A stretch of 64,000 nucleotides of DNA. It comes from Candidatus Bathyarchaeia archaeon (lineage in GTDB: Archaea > Thermoproteota > Bathyarchaeia > 40CM-2-53-6). The notes below the pieces were generated by a model. It was not told the DNA's origin, made no database searches, and saw only the letters and a program-made list of their open reading frames with translations. Below, piece after piece: positions 39,303 to 48,464 of the stretch. How positions within the stretch are numbered: position 1 is the first letter of the stretch; each line of letters opens with the position of its first letter. A program made the translations under genes and the position numbers. The stretch lies in NCBI GenBank assembly GCA_050013255.1, contig JBEKFP010000001.1, positions 1,184,001 through 1,248,000 on the forward strand, read 5' to 3'.

Positions 39303-39650
39303 CTACTTCTTCGTTAGCTTAATCTCGATCGTGGAAACATTTCTCGTTTGGCCCTCTTCACCTAGCACTTCGGTTCCTATGTTCACGTCCTTTATCTCCA
39401 ACTTTCCTTCGAAGAAGCGTCTTCGGCAAACTTCGACTACGTCGACTGCCTTAGATATGACGCGGCCTCGTGCCTTAACGGAAAGTTCCTTAGAACCACT
39501 GTTGATTTGCATAACGATAGCGGTTGCGTAGGCCATCAACGGTTTCTGGCCGATTAGGACTGTATTCATTGGAATGTTGCCTCTGGTGGAAGGGGCTCTT
39601 TGCGCAACTGGCGCAACTGGCGTTACTGGCGTAACTGGTTTTTCTGTCAA
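39303..39650 (-). CDS. albA: DNA/RNA-binding chromatin protein Alba with Pro-rich N-terminal extension
   Basis: VLIGQKPLMAY, KARGRVISKAVDVVE, NVSTIEI; GGAGGTGA precedes TTG at 39650. Confidence 0.93.
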   Translation of the reverse strand: MTEKPVTPVTPVAPVAQRAPSTRGNIPMNTVLIGQKPLMAYATAIVMQINSGSKELSVKARGRVISKAVDVVEVCRRRFFEGKLEIKDVNIGTEVLGEEGQTRNVSTIEIKLTKK

Positions 39651-39886
39651 GCGTTGTTCACCTCCGTGATGAAAGTATGCTGGAAGTGTTGTAGCATCGG
39701 CGACACCACTTCCAACGAATAAAAGCCTTCCTGCGTGAACCGACTGATTCAAACCTGGAACACGTGAGTGATTTTTCAATTCTCGCAGTTCGTAAGGACT
39801 GTAAGAAGCCATAGTTTTGGAAGAACGAATGTGCAGTCGAGGCGCATTAAATAGGATGTTAATGCATTCCCAAACCTAGAGCACAT

Positions 39887-40210
39887 ATGGCGGAGAGCAG
39901 CCCCGAGAAGAAGAGCCCGTCAAAATTGGAAATTGACAGGGCGAATGATTTCAAATTCCATATCGCTTACGGCGTTTATTCCCGAACGTGGGATGAGAAT
40001 TCTTCAGACGCGACTCGATTGAAACTTAACGAATTGATTTCGTCTCTTGCAAGCAATGAGGACGGGTATCAGGATTTCTACGGCCAAATTCAGGAATTCC
40101 GGAGGGATCAGCCAGCCTTCCGATCCGGTCGGACAAGAATTGAGACTCAAAGGAAGAGAGACTGGCAGCGGGCTGATACGAGGGATGGGAGAAACCGCCG
40201 CCACAAATAA
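39887..40210 (+). CDS. Hypothetical protein with basic C-terminus
   Basis: 107-aa ORF with ATG; TATA-like TTAAATA upstream. Confidence 0.65.
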   Translation: MAESSPEKKSPSKLEIDRANDFKFHIAYGVYSRTWDENSSDATRLKLNELISSLASNEDGYQDFYGQIQEFRRDQPAFRSGRTRIETQRKRDWQRADTRDGRNRRHK

Positions 40211-40385
40211 GATCGCTGTCGAACTGAATTTCCGGTTTTTGAGGTAGCGTTATTAGGCGCTGAGGAGGCTATGGGAGCAAGCTATGTGTACGGGCTGAAG
40301 CCGACCGTCTTATACGTAACCAATCGTTCCGACGCGCGAGTTTTCTCCCGACGAACTAGCTGAACGAAAAGTCGAGGTGAAACGC

Positions 40386-40592
40386 ATGAGCTTTGAACGT
40401 TCCTTCAACAAGCCAGTCGAGGAAGGGAAGGAATACGAAGTTGAGATCAAAGAGACTAGCCGTCGCGGTGACGGAGTTGCTAGGATCGAAGGTTTCGTAG
40501 TCTTTGTCCCACAAACCAAACCTGGCGATAAGGTGAAGGTAAAGATCAACACTGTTGGTCCACGTTTCGCAACTGGTGAAGTCGTCAAGTAA
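40386..40592 (+). CDS. Single-TRAM-domain RNA chaperone (archaeal cold-shock-like)
   Basis: KPVEEGKEYEVEI, RGDGVARIEGFVVFVP; GAGGTGA RBS. Confidence 0.92.
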   Translation: MSFERSFNKPVEEGKEYEVEIKETSRRGDGVARIEGFVVFVPQTKPGDKVKVKINTVGPRFATGEVVK

Positions 40593-40618
40593 TCTCTTGG
40601 CGTCTAAACCCGCGAAAC

Positions 40619-40646
40619 CCTTTCCTTTCTTCTTATTTCTTTTTTC
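40619..40646 (+). terminator. T-rich terminator after TRAM gene
   Basis: ctttccttttcttcttatttcttttttc tract. Confidence 0.55.
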
Positions 40647-40664
40647 ATCAAACCCTAACTAATT

Positions 40665-41801
40665 CTAGTGTGTGCCTGGCGGGAAAATTACCTGCCTTCC
40701 ACGCCAGTAAGCCGGTGTCGAATATCTCAACAGGTCAGGGTTGAACCCCCGCGCCACGCTCGAATAGTAGGCAAAGAGGTAGAGCGGAATAATGTTGGTG
40801 AACGGCGATAGGTACTCGTCTACGGCGGGGAGTTGAACGGCCTCATCGCAGAGAGAACGTAGCTCACTGTCCCCATCATCAATCAAACCGATGACGGGTG
40901 TCCCGAATTCCTTTGCTGCCTTCACTAGGGCTACATTGCGCCCGTGACACATGCCATTCGGGGCCAAGACTACGAGGGTGCTCCTATCGTCCATTGACAC
41001 CCAAGGGCCGTGCAGCAATTGTTCAGTTTCAAACCCTTGTGCAGGAATGAAACTTGTTTCCATAATCTTCAGGGCGGCCTCAAGCGTGTTAGGAACGTTA
41101 GGCCCTGTCCCTGCGAAGTAACAACTATTAGAGCTGCGCCATCCTTCCGCCAACCGCTTGCAAAGCCCATCTACAGACTTCAGCACACGCGCCGCAATCT
41201 CGGGCAGTTGATTCAGGCCTGCCTCAAGCCTATGCAAGCGATCTGGTTCGCGACCTTCGGAATGTTTCAGTAATTCAATCCCAATTCGCATACATGCTAC
41301 GGCGGACGCCACGTAGCACTTCGTGTGGCATCGTGATATGTCGGGTCCGTTTCCTACAACCAGTGTCTCGTCCGAGGCGCCTGAGATGGGTCTGCCTTCG
41401 AAATGTGTCACGCCGATAGTGAGCGCTCCCTTTCCCCTTGCATGCTTCAATGCATCGACGGTTGTCCTCGTGATACCGCTATGAGAGAGCCCGACTACGG
41501 CACATGTGTTGTCGATTGGATAGCCGTAGCTTTGAAGCTCGAGCGCGGGGACCGCTGCGCATCGGACGCTTACCTCTCTTGACGGCGAGAGGATCTGTGA
41601 ACCGAGCATTGAAGCGAAGAAGGCAGTTCCGCATCCCGTGAAATAGATGCGGCTCCTATCCTCGAGCTTTCTCGCGATAGGCTCAACTTTCTTTTCCATC
41701 GTCTGGAGTGTCTGTTTGATGGCTTGCGGTATTTCGAAGATCATGTCGTAAGTGTGAAATGGGTGAGTTGCGCGGTCGGGTTTCGGAGGTGGCTCTGACA
41801 T
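40665..41801 (-). CDS. Double-SIS-domain sugar-phosphate isomerase/deglycase (GlmS C-terminal/FrlB-like)
   Basis: EIPQAI, GCGTA, SHSGIT, TKCY, EAALKIME, HGP, GFNPD. Confidence 0.88.
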   Translation of the reverse strand: MSEPPPKPDRATHPFHTYDMIFEIPQAIKQTLQTMEKKVEPIARKLEDRSRIYFTGCGTAFFASMLGSQILSPSREVSVRCAAVPALELQSYGYPIDNTCAVVGLSHSGITRTTVDALKHARGKGALTIGVTHFEGRPISGASDETLVVGNGPDISRCHTKCYVASAVACMRIGIELLKHSEGREPDRLHRLEAGLNQLPEIAARVLKSVDGLCKRLAEGWRSSNSCYFAGTGPNVPNTLEAALKIMETSFIPAQGFETEQLLHGPWVSMDDRSTLVVLAPNGMCHGRNVALVKAAKEFGTPVIGLIDDGDSELRSLCDEAVQLPAVDEYLSPFTNIIPLYLFAYYSSVARGFNPDLLRYSTPAYWRGRQVIFPPGTH

Positions 41802-41845
41802 TAAATCTCGTCGCCATGAAAACTTGTTCTAAAGCGCTTTCCGTT

Positions 41846-42544
41846 TCATGGGATGGTGAAGTAGAGCCTTCTGTTGCTTTTGCCTTTGTTTTCGAATTTC
41901 GACGGGTCTATCCTGGTTATTTCCCCAAGCTCTTTCACGTGGACACCGCCGTCGGCTTGGATATCGTATCCTTCGATTTCTACGATGCGGAGTTCCTTAA
42001 CGTCGGGTGGGGCAGCGGCTGCGAGTTTTATGATACCCGGAATCTTCATTGCCTCTTCCTTTTGCATGAAATATGTTTTGACCTTCGGGTTCTTGGCAAT
42101 AGCTTCGTTAGCCTGCTTGCAGTGGAGAAGCATTTTCTCTCTATCGAAGTTCTCTAGGCTGAAATCTATCCTTGACTTGTCGGGTTCTATTTGGTTCCCT
42201 GTGATCAGGGCGCCGGTTTCCTTGTTGAATATGGAGCTGAGAAGGTGCGCGGAGGTGTGCATCCTCATTATCCTATGCCGCCTGTCCCAGTCAAGGTTTC
42301 CATGCACACTACTTCCTGAACTCAAAGCAGCAGCCGATTCGACTACGTGTACGATGGAATCGTTGGCTCCTTTTATTGTGTCAAGGACCTTCACATTACC
42401 CAAGGTCCCAATATCTCCAACCAGTCCCCCTCCACGAGGATTAAACGCGGTCTGGTCGAGCACCACTTGATTGCCATCAACAGACAGGATTTTTGCGTCA
42501 AATTCCTTGATGTATGCATCATCCCAGAAGAGCTTCTTGGTCAT
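41846..42544 (-). CDS. alaX: AlaX-M trans-editing protein (Ser/Gly-tRNAAla deacylase)
   Basis: TAFNPRGGG, RMHTSAHL (HxxxH), ADGGVHV, KGKSNRR. Confidence 0.92.
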   Translation of the reverse strand: MTKKLFWDDAYIKEFDAKILSVDGNQVVLDQTAFNPRGGGLVGDIGTLGNVKVLDTIKGANDSIVHVVESAAALSSGSSVHGNLDWDRRHRIMRMHTSAHLLSSIFNKETGALITGNQIEPDKSRIDFSLENFDREKMLLHCKQANEAIAKNPKVKTYFMQKEEAMKIPGIIKLAAAAPPDVKELRIVEIEGYDIQADGGVHVKELGEITRIDPSKFENKGKSNRRLYFTIP

Positions 42545-42627
42545 TGGTTAGGGCCGAGGGTAGGCAGTTCACTGGCCGGAAAAAGGTTTGCGGGACCTTA
42601 AATCCAATCCAAGCATACTGACAACCT

Positions 42628-43104
42628 ATGACTCGCCCGAGTTGGGACGAATACTTCCTAAAAATCGTGGATACCGTCTCTGAACGGTCAACGTGTGACA
42701 GGGGGAAAGCCGGTGCATTAGTCGTGAAAGATCGGAGAATTCTGTCGACTGGCTATGCTGGGTCTCCCCCAGGCCAACCGCACTGTGACGAAGCGGGGCA
42801 TATGATGAGAAGAGTCGTTGATGAAGACGATAACATTAGCCAACACTGCGTCAGAACCATACACGCCGAAGCCAATGCCCTAATCCAAGCCGCAAAATTC
42901 GGAACACCCGTAGAGGGGGCAACGCTATACTCGAAATTCGAACCTTGCTATGCATGCGCCATGATCACTGTAGGCGCCGGAATCAGAAGAGTAGTTGCAA
43001 GAAAGAGATACCACGCCGCCGAAGAGACTAGAAAGCTCTTTGAGAATGCAGGTGTCGAAATGGTTGTGATCGAAGACAACGTCATGAGTTACGAAAATCA
43101 ATAG
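42628..43104 (+). CDS. dCMP deaminase family protein
   Basis: RPSWDEYF, RSTC, HAEANA, PCYAC. Confidence 0.92.
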   Translation: MTRPSWDEYFLKIVDTVSERSTCDRGKAGALVVKDRRILSTGYAGSPPGQPHCDEAGHMMRRVVDEDDNISQHCVRTIHAEANALIQAAKFGTPVEGATLYSKFEPCYACAMITVGAGIRRVVARKRYHAAEETRKLFENAGVEMVVIEDNVMSYENQ

Positions 43105-43129
43105 CTCCTAGACATACAACCGAATTCAT

Positions 43130-44533
43130 GTGTTAACGCCCGGTGTGGGTCAGATAATGGATAAAATTCTCATAGAAGAGTTCGAGAGGATCGTAGGGAA
43201 GCCTAACGTAGTAACTAACATCGAACAAATGCAAAATTACCTAGTCGATGAAACCCCTCCCTCAGTCAGGCCGAAGCCAGCTAACGATCTTGCTTTGATA
43301 AGGCCGGCCGATACTCAACAGGTCTCCTCGGTGCTACGACTTGCGAGCAAGAGTCGGCTGCCGGTTTTCCCTAGAGGAGGCGGCACGGGCCTTGTGGGCG
43401 GTGCCGTCCCGACGAGGGGCGGGATAATCCTCTCAATGGAGAGGATGAACGGAATCGAGATAGACGAAGCCAATCTCCTAGCGATCGCAGATGCCGGGGT
43501 CACGCTCGGAGGGCTTGTGAACGCAGCGGAAGAGGTCGGCTTATCTTTTCCACCCCATCCGGGCGATGAACATGCCCAGGTGGGCGGGCTCGTGGCGACG
43601 AATGCTGGAGGGTCCCGAGCAGTGAGACACGGGGTGATGAGAAATCAGGTTAGGGGAATGGAAGCCGTGCTTCCGACTGGAGAAATATTGAAGCTTGGAG
43701 GGCGGCTCCATAAGAACAACGTAGGGTACGACCTTATGCAGCTCATTATAGGTAGCGAAGGAACGCTTGCAGTAATAACCAAAGTGATCCTCCGACTCTA
43801 CCCCAAGCCTGGAGCAACGATGACCCTCATCGTGCCCTACGACAACCGACACGATGCACTATCAAGCGTCCCAAAGATACTGCATTCAAGCACCCCGCTC
43901 GCCGTAGAGTATGTCGAGAGAGACCTACTGGAGAGAACCGCAAAACGCCTAAACGCAAATTGGCCGGTAAAGACGGGAAGAAGCCATCTAATCGTAATGA
44001 TGTCCGAACCCAACAGAGATCAAGTTCTTTCAGAAAGCCTCAAAGTAGCGGAAATATGCCGAGAGAACACGAATTACGAAACGTTTGTTGCGGAATCAAA
44101 GAGTGACCAAGATAATATTCTCAGAATAAGAAGCGACATTTACTTCGCCTTGAAGAGCGAAACGATGGACCTCTTGGACATAACTGTGCCCACTGCTGAG
44201 TTAGAGAAAGTGATGGGAGAGATAGAGAACGTCGCGACGAGACGGGCCGCCTTGCTCGAAGTCTTTGGGCATGCAGCGGATGGGAACCTTCACGTCCACA
44301 TAATGAAAAAAGAAGGCGAGGGCGCAAAATACGTGGAGGACCTGAGGAACGAGATCTATGAGATTGCGACGAGGGCTGGGGGCGTAATTACGGGGGAGCA
44401 CGGAATCGGGAAGATAAGGACGAAGAAGCTCGAATCGCTCATGACGAGGAAAGAGTTCGAACTGATGAAGAGCGTTAAGAGGATGTTCGATCCGGACGGG
44501 ATACTGAACCCTGGAACCAAGATACCTGCCTAA
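43130..44533 (+). CDS. FAD-linked oxidoreductase, GlcD/D-lactate dehydrogenase family
   Basis: RGGGTGLVGGA, GSEGTL, GHAADGNLH, TGEHGIG, LNPG. Confidence 0.92.
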   Translation: MLTPGVGQIMDKILIEEFERIVGKPNVVTNIEQMQNYLVDETPPSVRPKPANDLALIRPADTQQVSSVLRLASKSRLPVFPRGGGTGLVGGAVPTRGGIILSMERMNGIEIDEANLLAIADAGVTLGGLVNAAEEVGLSFPPHPGDEHAQVGGLVATNAGGSRAVRHGVMRNQVRGMEAVLPTGEILKLGGRLHKNNVGYDLMQLIIGSEGTLAVITKVILRLYPKPGATMTLIVPYDNRHDALSSVPKILHSSTPLAVEYVERDLLERTAKRLNANWPVKTGRSHLIVMMSEPNRDQVLSESLKVAEICRENTNYETFVAESKSDQDNILRIRSDIYFALKSETMDLLDITVPTAELEKVMGEIENVATRRAALLEVFGHAADGNLHVHIMKKEGEGAKYVEDLRNEIYEIATRAGGVITGEHGIGKIRTKKLESLMTRKEFELMKSVKRMFDPDGILNPGTKIPA

Positions 44534-44748
44534 GGCTCGTTGAGCCGGGCCTGTAGACCGGTTCGTATGAGGGGATCGAGGCGTAAAATGAGGCGAGGGT
44601 TGCCTTCGTTTGGCACCGTTTGGCACCACCCCAAGATGGGTGGATCCACCCTCTTCCTTGCGAAAGGTTGTGGCGAAGCTACGGGATTTTGGCCATCATG
44701 GGAGCAGGGTTGTGCGCGCACGCTTGACAGGGGGGGTAGGGGGGGTGG

Positions 44749-44802
44749 GGTTCTGGTAACTTTTGAAGGGGGCTTTTCTCAGTGGTAACTGGGTAGGGGG
44801 GC
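44749..44802 (+). repeat. Left copies of motif GGTTCT(G/A)GTAACTT-Nx-GGGGG
   Basis: 44749-44773 ggttctggtaacttttgaagggggc; 44783-44802 tggtaactgggtaggggggc. Confidence 0.75.
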
Positions 44803-44838
44803 GTTTTAAATGGCTATCATCACCTATGAAAGATAGCC

Positions 44839-45566
44839 ATGTATCAGAAACTCGGCCATTCCCTAGTGAAGTTCGTAAAGGCCATCTTCGGACTTGCCTT
44901 CATGCTCATAGTTACGGTTGGATTAGCGGTTGCGGCAGTCTACCTGATTCAACTCGTACTCATCCCAGCGGCCCAAGGGTTCGTATCGAATCTAGCCGTT
45001 ATCGTTGGCATAACGGAAGTTATCATAGCGATAGCCATAGGCGCAGAGGCTTTTGTTGGAGTTTCCACTTTTTTATGGAACGACGAGATAGGCACTATCA
45101 CTACTTGAATGAGCAAGTTTTCAAGCCTCTTTCAGAACTCCGAGTAGAACGGAAGTCCACTCCAACTAGAACAGAAATCCACCTATTGTCGATACGAGTT
45201 CCGAAAGATGCCTATCTGTGGGAGTCTGCGGTAAAGCACATGATGAAAGGCGATGAACTTAGACGGGGTATGCCTGAGTTTATCAAGAAAGTTGAGAAGA
45301 AGATTGAGGTTCACAATCAACAAGCCGCTTCTTTCAGTGGACCAGAGTTGGAAAATGCCGTAGAAGATTTGATGCGTGCTCAAAGAGGAAGGGGAGAGGT
45401 TAGACTCACTGACCTAGAACGTAGCACAAGCGAGATTGATGCCGATGTAGAGGCCATACGAGGCGCATTTTCCTCTATATCTAAGGCCATTGAAGTTGAC
45501 CAGTATAGCGTAAAGGCGGATTGCTGTCCGACAATTAGAACCATACTAAGGCAATATTGGTTCTAG
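44839..45566 (+). CDS. Hypothetical two-TM membrane protein whose soluble domain lies in the -1 frame (split at T TTT TTA, 45069-45075)
   Basis: ORF 44839..45108 (hydrophobic) overlaps ORF 45075..45566 (hydrophilic). Confidence 0.55.
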
Positions 45567-45737
45567 TCCTCGTTCTTCGCTAGATCGAAGGGCAACGAAT
45601 CTACTACGACTACCTACGCCCACACACAGCCCTCGATGGCAAGACACCAGCGCAAGCGGCTGGAATCGAACTTGGCTTGACAGGGAACAAGTGGGAATCC
45701 ATAATAAGAAAGTCTGCAAAGAATTGCTCTGATAGAC

Positions 45738-45932
45738 ATGCCAACAATATTCAAGACCAAACGTAGCATTGATACGCGTATTGTGAGTAATGCAATCCGA
45801 AACGCTGGCTTCAAAGACATTTCAATGGTTGTATCTTCAGATGACAACAACAATACCACTATCGTTAGGGTCGATTCGCCGCTAAGCCCAGAAGACGAAA
45901 CGAAGATCAGGAAAATAGTCGACGGTCTCTAG
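45738..45932 (+). CDS. Small hypothetical protein
   Basis: 64-aa ATG ORF with plausible alpha/beta amphipathic pattern. Confidence 0.55.
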   Translation: MPTIFKTKRSIDTRIVSNAIRNAGFKDISMVVSSDDNNNTTIVRVDSPLSPEDETKIRKIVDGL

Positions 45933-45935
45933 GCT

Positions 45936-46012
45936 GCCCCCAGAAGTTACCAGACCAACAAACCACCCACCTAAGTTACTAGAACCTACAACGCTGTACC
46001 CCCTACAAGTTG
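45936..46012 (-). repeat. Middle inverted copies of the G-string motif
   Basis: Reverse complements: ggtctggtaacttctgggggc (45936-45956), ggttctagtaacttaggtgggtg (45964-45986), partial aacttgtagggggt near 46000. Confidence 0.75.
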
Positions 46013-46017
46013 AAGGA

Positions 46018-46344
46018 ATGCAAATGGGCGACAAAACCGTCTTCCTAAAAGATGTAACCATTGCTTTTCTATCTACGAGTGCGCTGCTTCTTACATTGGT
46101 CTTGGCATTCATTTCACCGTCACTTCCAAAATTGGCGGTCACGAAATACCTAGTTTTGTTTGCAACAGTAGGGTTCTTCTTTACCGGTTTTATGAGCGCA
46201 TATACCTTAGTTGCTTTAGGAGGCGTTGTTGGAGGTGACGATAGAGCACTAGGAGTGCGAAGCCTGTTACTCTTCCAATTCTTTCCTTTCTTTCTAGGAC
46301 TGCTCTTTCTCTTGGTAGCCGTCGTGCTTGAACTCCAGCTCTAA
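46018..46344 (+). CDS. Small three-TM membrane protein
   Basis: Three hydrophobic helices in 108 aa. Confidence 0.6.
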   Translation: MQMGDKTVFLKDVTIAFLSTSALLLTLVLAFISPSLPKLAVTKYLVLFATVGFFFTGFMSAYTLVALGGVVGGDDRALGVRSLLLFQFFPFFLGLLFLLVAVVLELQL

Positions 46345-46346
46345 GT

Positions 46347-46407
46347 GCCCCCCAGTTGTTAGCACCAACAAAATCTAGACGTGCCCCCCATCCAACTTAG
46401 CAGAACC
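46347..46407 (-). repeat. Right inverted copies of the G-string motif
   Basis: Reverse complements: ggtgctaacaactggggggc (46347-46366), ggttctgctaagttggatggggggc (46383-46407). Confidence 0.65.
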
Positions 46408-46607
46408 GGGGGTGGTGCATTTTTTGGAGTCAGACGGGGTTGATTTTGGGCCGTTTTGGTTGGAGAGCAACATCAGGCTTGGGATGTTTTGGTTATCATG
46501 TACCTCTTCCCTGGCGAATATGGTCCTCTTCATGTGCGAATGTATTGGCCAGCATACATATCCAATGATTGGGTGTCATACACCCGGACGCCCCTTGGCC
46601 TCTTATC

Positions 46608-46751
46608 TTAGAGTCTGGGCAGGTATTCGCGCATTAGAAGACCGCACTTTGCGCATCTTACGAGTTTGAGGAGCCTTCCGTCCTTGTCGAAGTCTTCCCC
46701 AATCTCGTGCACGCGCGTGTGTTGGCAGTCTTCAAGGATTAGTGACTGCAT
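46608..46751 (-). CDS. 47-aa zinc-finger microprotein (not in ORF track)
   Basis: MQSLILEDCQHTRVHEIGEDFDKDGRLLKLVRCAKCGLLMREYLPRL; CxH...CxxCG; GAGGCG upstream. Confidence 0.65.
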   Translation of the reverse strand: MQSLILEDCQHTRVHEIGEDFDKDGRLLKLVRCAKCGLLMREYLPRL

Positions 46752-46819
46752 TCTCTCGCCTCTATGCCATACGGAATAATATTTCGTGTTCTTAAGCCAA
46801 TCCTCTGACTGTCAAAAGC

Positions 46820-47137
46820 CTACGGGCTGGGTGGCTTGGACTTACGTAGGCATAGACCGAGCCAGACTATTCCGATGATGGCGATGACCACAGCTACGAG
46901 CATCACGCTACCCACGATGCCCCCATACGGGTTGACGTTTCCGAACTGGCGAACCCTCGTAAAGTTCCCAAACTGATTTCCCGTGAAGTTTCCTGGATTG
47001 AAGGAAGGGCGGGATCGAAACATTTGGCTGAACATGTACGAACGAACAGCATTGTACGCCGTGGTTACAGCCGCAAGAACCACGCCAACCAAAGCCACTA
47101 AGTACGCATATATTGTCTGCTTATCATTACCGACCAA
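46820..47137 (-). CDS. Small two-TM protein with Gly/Asn/Phe-rich loop
   Basis: TM - FNPGNFTGNQFGNFTR..FGN - TM; NxT sequons. Confidence 0.65.
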   Translation of the reverse strand: MVGNDKQTIYAYLVALVGVVLAAVTTAYNAVRSYMFSQMFRSRPSFNPGNFTGNQFGNFTRVRQFGNVNPYGGIVGSVMLVAVVIAIIGIVWLGLCLRKSKPPSP

Positions 47138-47426
47138 TTAACTACACACCGTAGTTAGCCCTCTACCCAGCCCACTATATAACCCGCATGGATGAATCAT
47201 CCACCGAACCTCGTAATATGTCGAGAACCCACCTAAGACAGGCTCCCCAAGGCCGTCTTCGTTTGGCGGCTCGTGTTGTCAAAAACTGTTTTTACAGCCC
47301 CGGACACCAAACACGAACTTGTCAGCAGTTCTTCAGAGATTGGACTGTCACCTTGACACTGTTCTATTTGTGATCAACTTGCAGCAACTCATAAACGTAA
47401 ACGAGGCAACTTCCAAGTGGGATTAA

Positions 47427-47918
47427 ATGCAGTCAACTACACGCTGCCCCCGCTGCGGATATGTGCTGACCTACAGCGGGTCCGCGTATTATTGCAACTT
47501 CTGCGGTTATCCTCGAACGCAAGATACACTTACCCCAGCACTTCATTCCCTTAAGAAGAAGGTTAGCGATAGAATCCAACGATTTCTCGCCGAACTCAAA
47601 CCCAAGATACCGCCTCAACCAAGCTACTATCCGGTTAATGTCATCATGCAGCCTTGCATCAACTGCAGCTTTAGCTTTCCAAAAATGGCCCAAATCTGCC
47701 CTTCCTGCGGCACACAGCGCGCAATTGTTTCCCAAAACACTACGGAAATTTCGACTACTGGAACTCATGACCTTGACCGCAGAGTTTTCGATTATATTTC
47801 CGCCCATGGAGGAACTATCTCTCTCTCACAAGCTGCGCAGGATCTCGCTATCACCCAGGCGACCTTGCTCACATCCATCGAGCGACTGAAAAACGGAGGA
47901 TTCCTGAGTCAGTCTTGA
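47427..47918 (+). CDS. Double zinc-ribbon protein with C-terminal winged-helix domain
   Basis: CPRC..CNFC, CINC..CPSC; VFDYISAHGGTISLSQAAQDLAIT...IERLK..GFL. Confidence 0.8.
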   Translation: MQSTTRCPRCGYVLTYSGSAYYCNFCGYPRTQDTLTPALHSLKKKVSDRIQRFLAELKPKIPPQPSYYPVNVIMQPCINCSFSFPKMAQICPSCGTQRAIVSQNTTEISTTGTHDLDRRVFDYISAHGGTISLSQAAQDLAITQATLLTSIERLKNGGFLSQS

Positions 47919-48464
47919 AATGCAAGCGAGACCGAAATTTCGTCCTTTGGTTGACAGGCGACGATAGGATAGGCCGCTTGGAAACTCAAGTTAGATTGGT
48001 AGCCGGCTTAGTTGTGGACTAGTTTCCTCAAACACTCCTAACGCGTCCGCTTTGTCTGCGTTTGGCTCGTGGTTTCAGAAACTGTTTGGTGCAGTTCCAG
48101 GGTGAATTTGATAGAGTGTAACCTTCGCTAAGCCGAATATCCTCCGAATCAATGACCGAAGTTTGCGAAATGCCCGCTTTGCGTAAAAGAGAATAAGTGC
48201 CCAGACGCTTACGAGTACTGCAATTATCTCCATATGAAGCATAGGATCCAAATCAAATACCCAGCAAACGCGACCAGAACCTCTTCTTATCTCTTATCCA
48301 GCCCTTTCAAATGGGAATTTACAGGCCAAGACACCAACAAGGACTTGACGGCACACGTAGTCAGGAGGCTCGCAAAAGTCCCGAATAGTATATGGAAATC
48401 GTTCTAAGGAGATATAGCGCGGGTCAAATGATGTGGAAGGCCAGAGAACCAGTAGTTGTAGTAG

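Noticed and set aside
41846-42544. Asp replacing the zinc-ligand Cys in AlaX (ADGGVH)
   Set aside because: I recall this as a known variant in crenarchaeal-type AlaX-M, so it is not treated as novel
44749-46407. CRISPR array interpretation of the repeats
   Set aside because: Copies are degenerate, in both orientations, and lack regular unique spacers; no cas operon
44711-46720. Tn7-like TGT...ACA ends (tgtgcgcgcacg at 44711 versus cgtgcacgcgcg near 46706)
   Set aside because: Match is poor, with no terminal ACA, target duplication or transposase
48234-48407. 57-codon ATG ORF upstream of the activase
   Set aside because: No RBS, motif or other support
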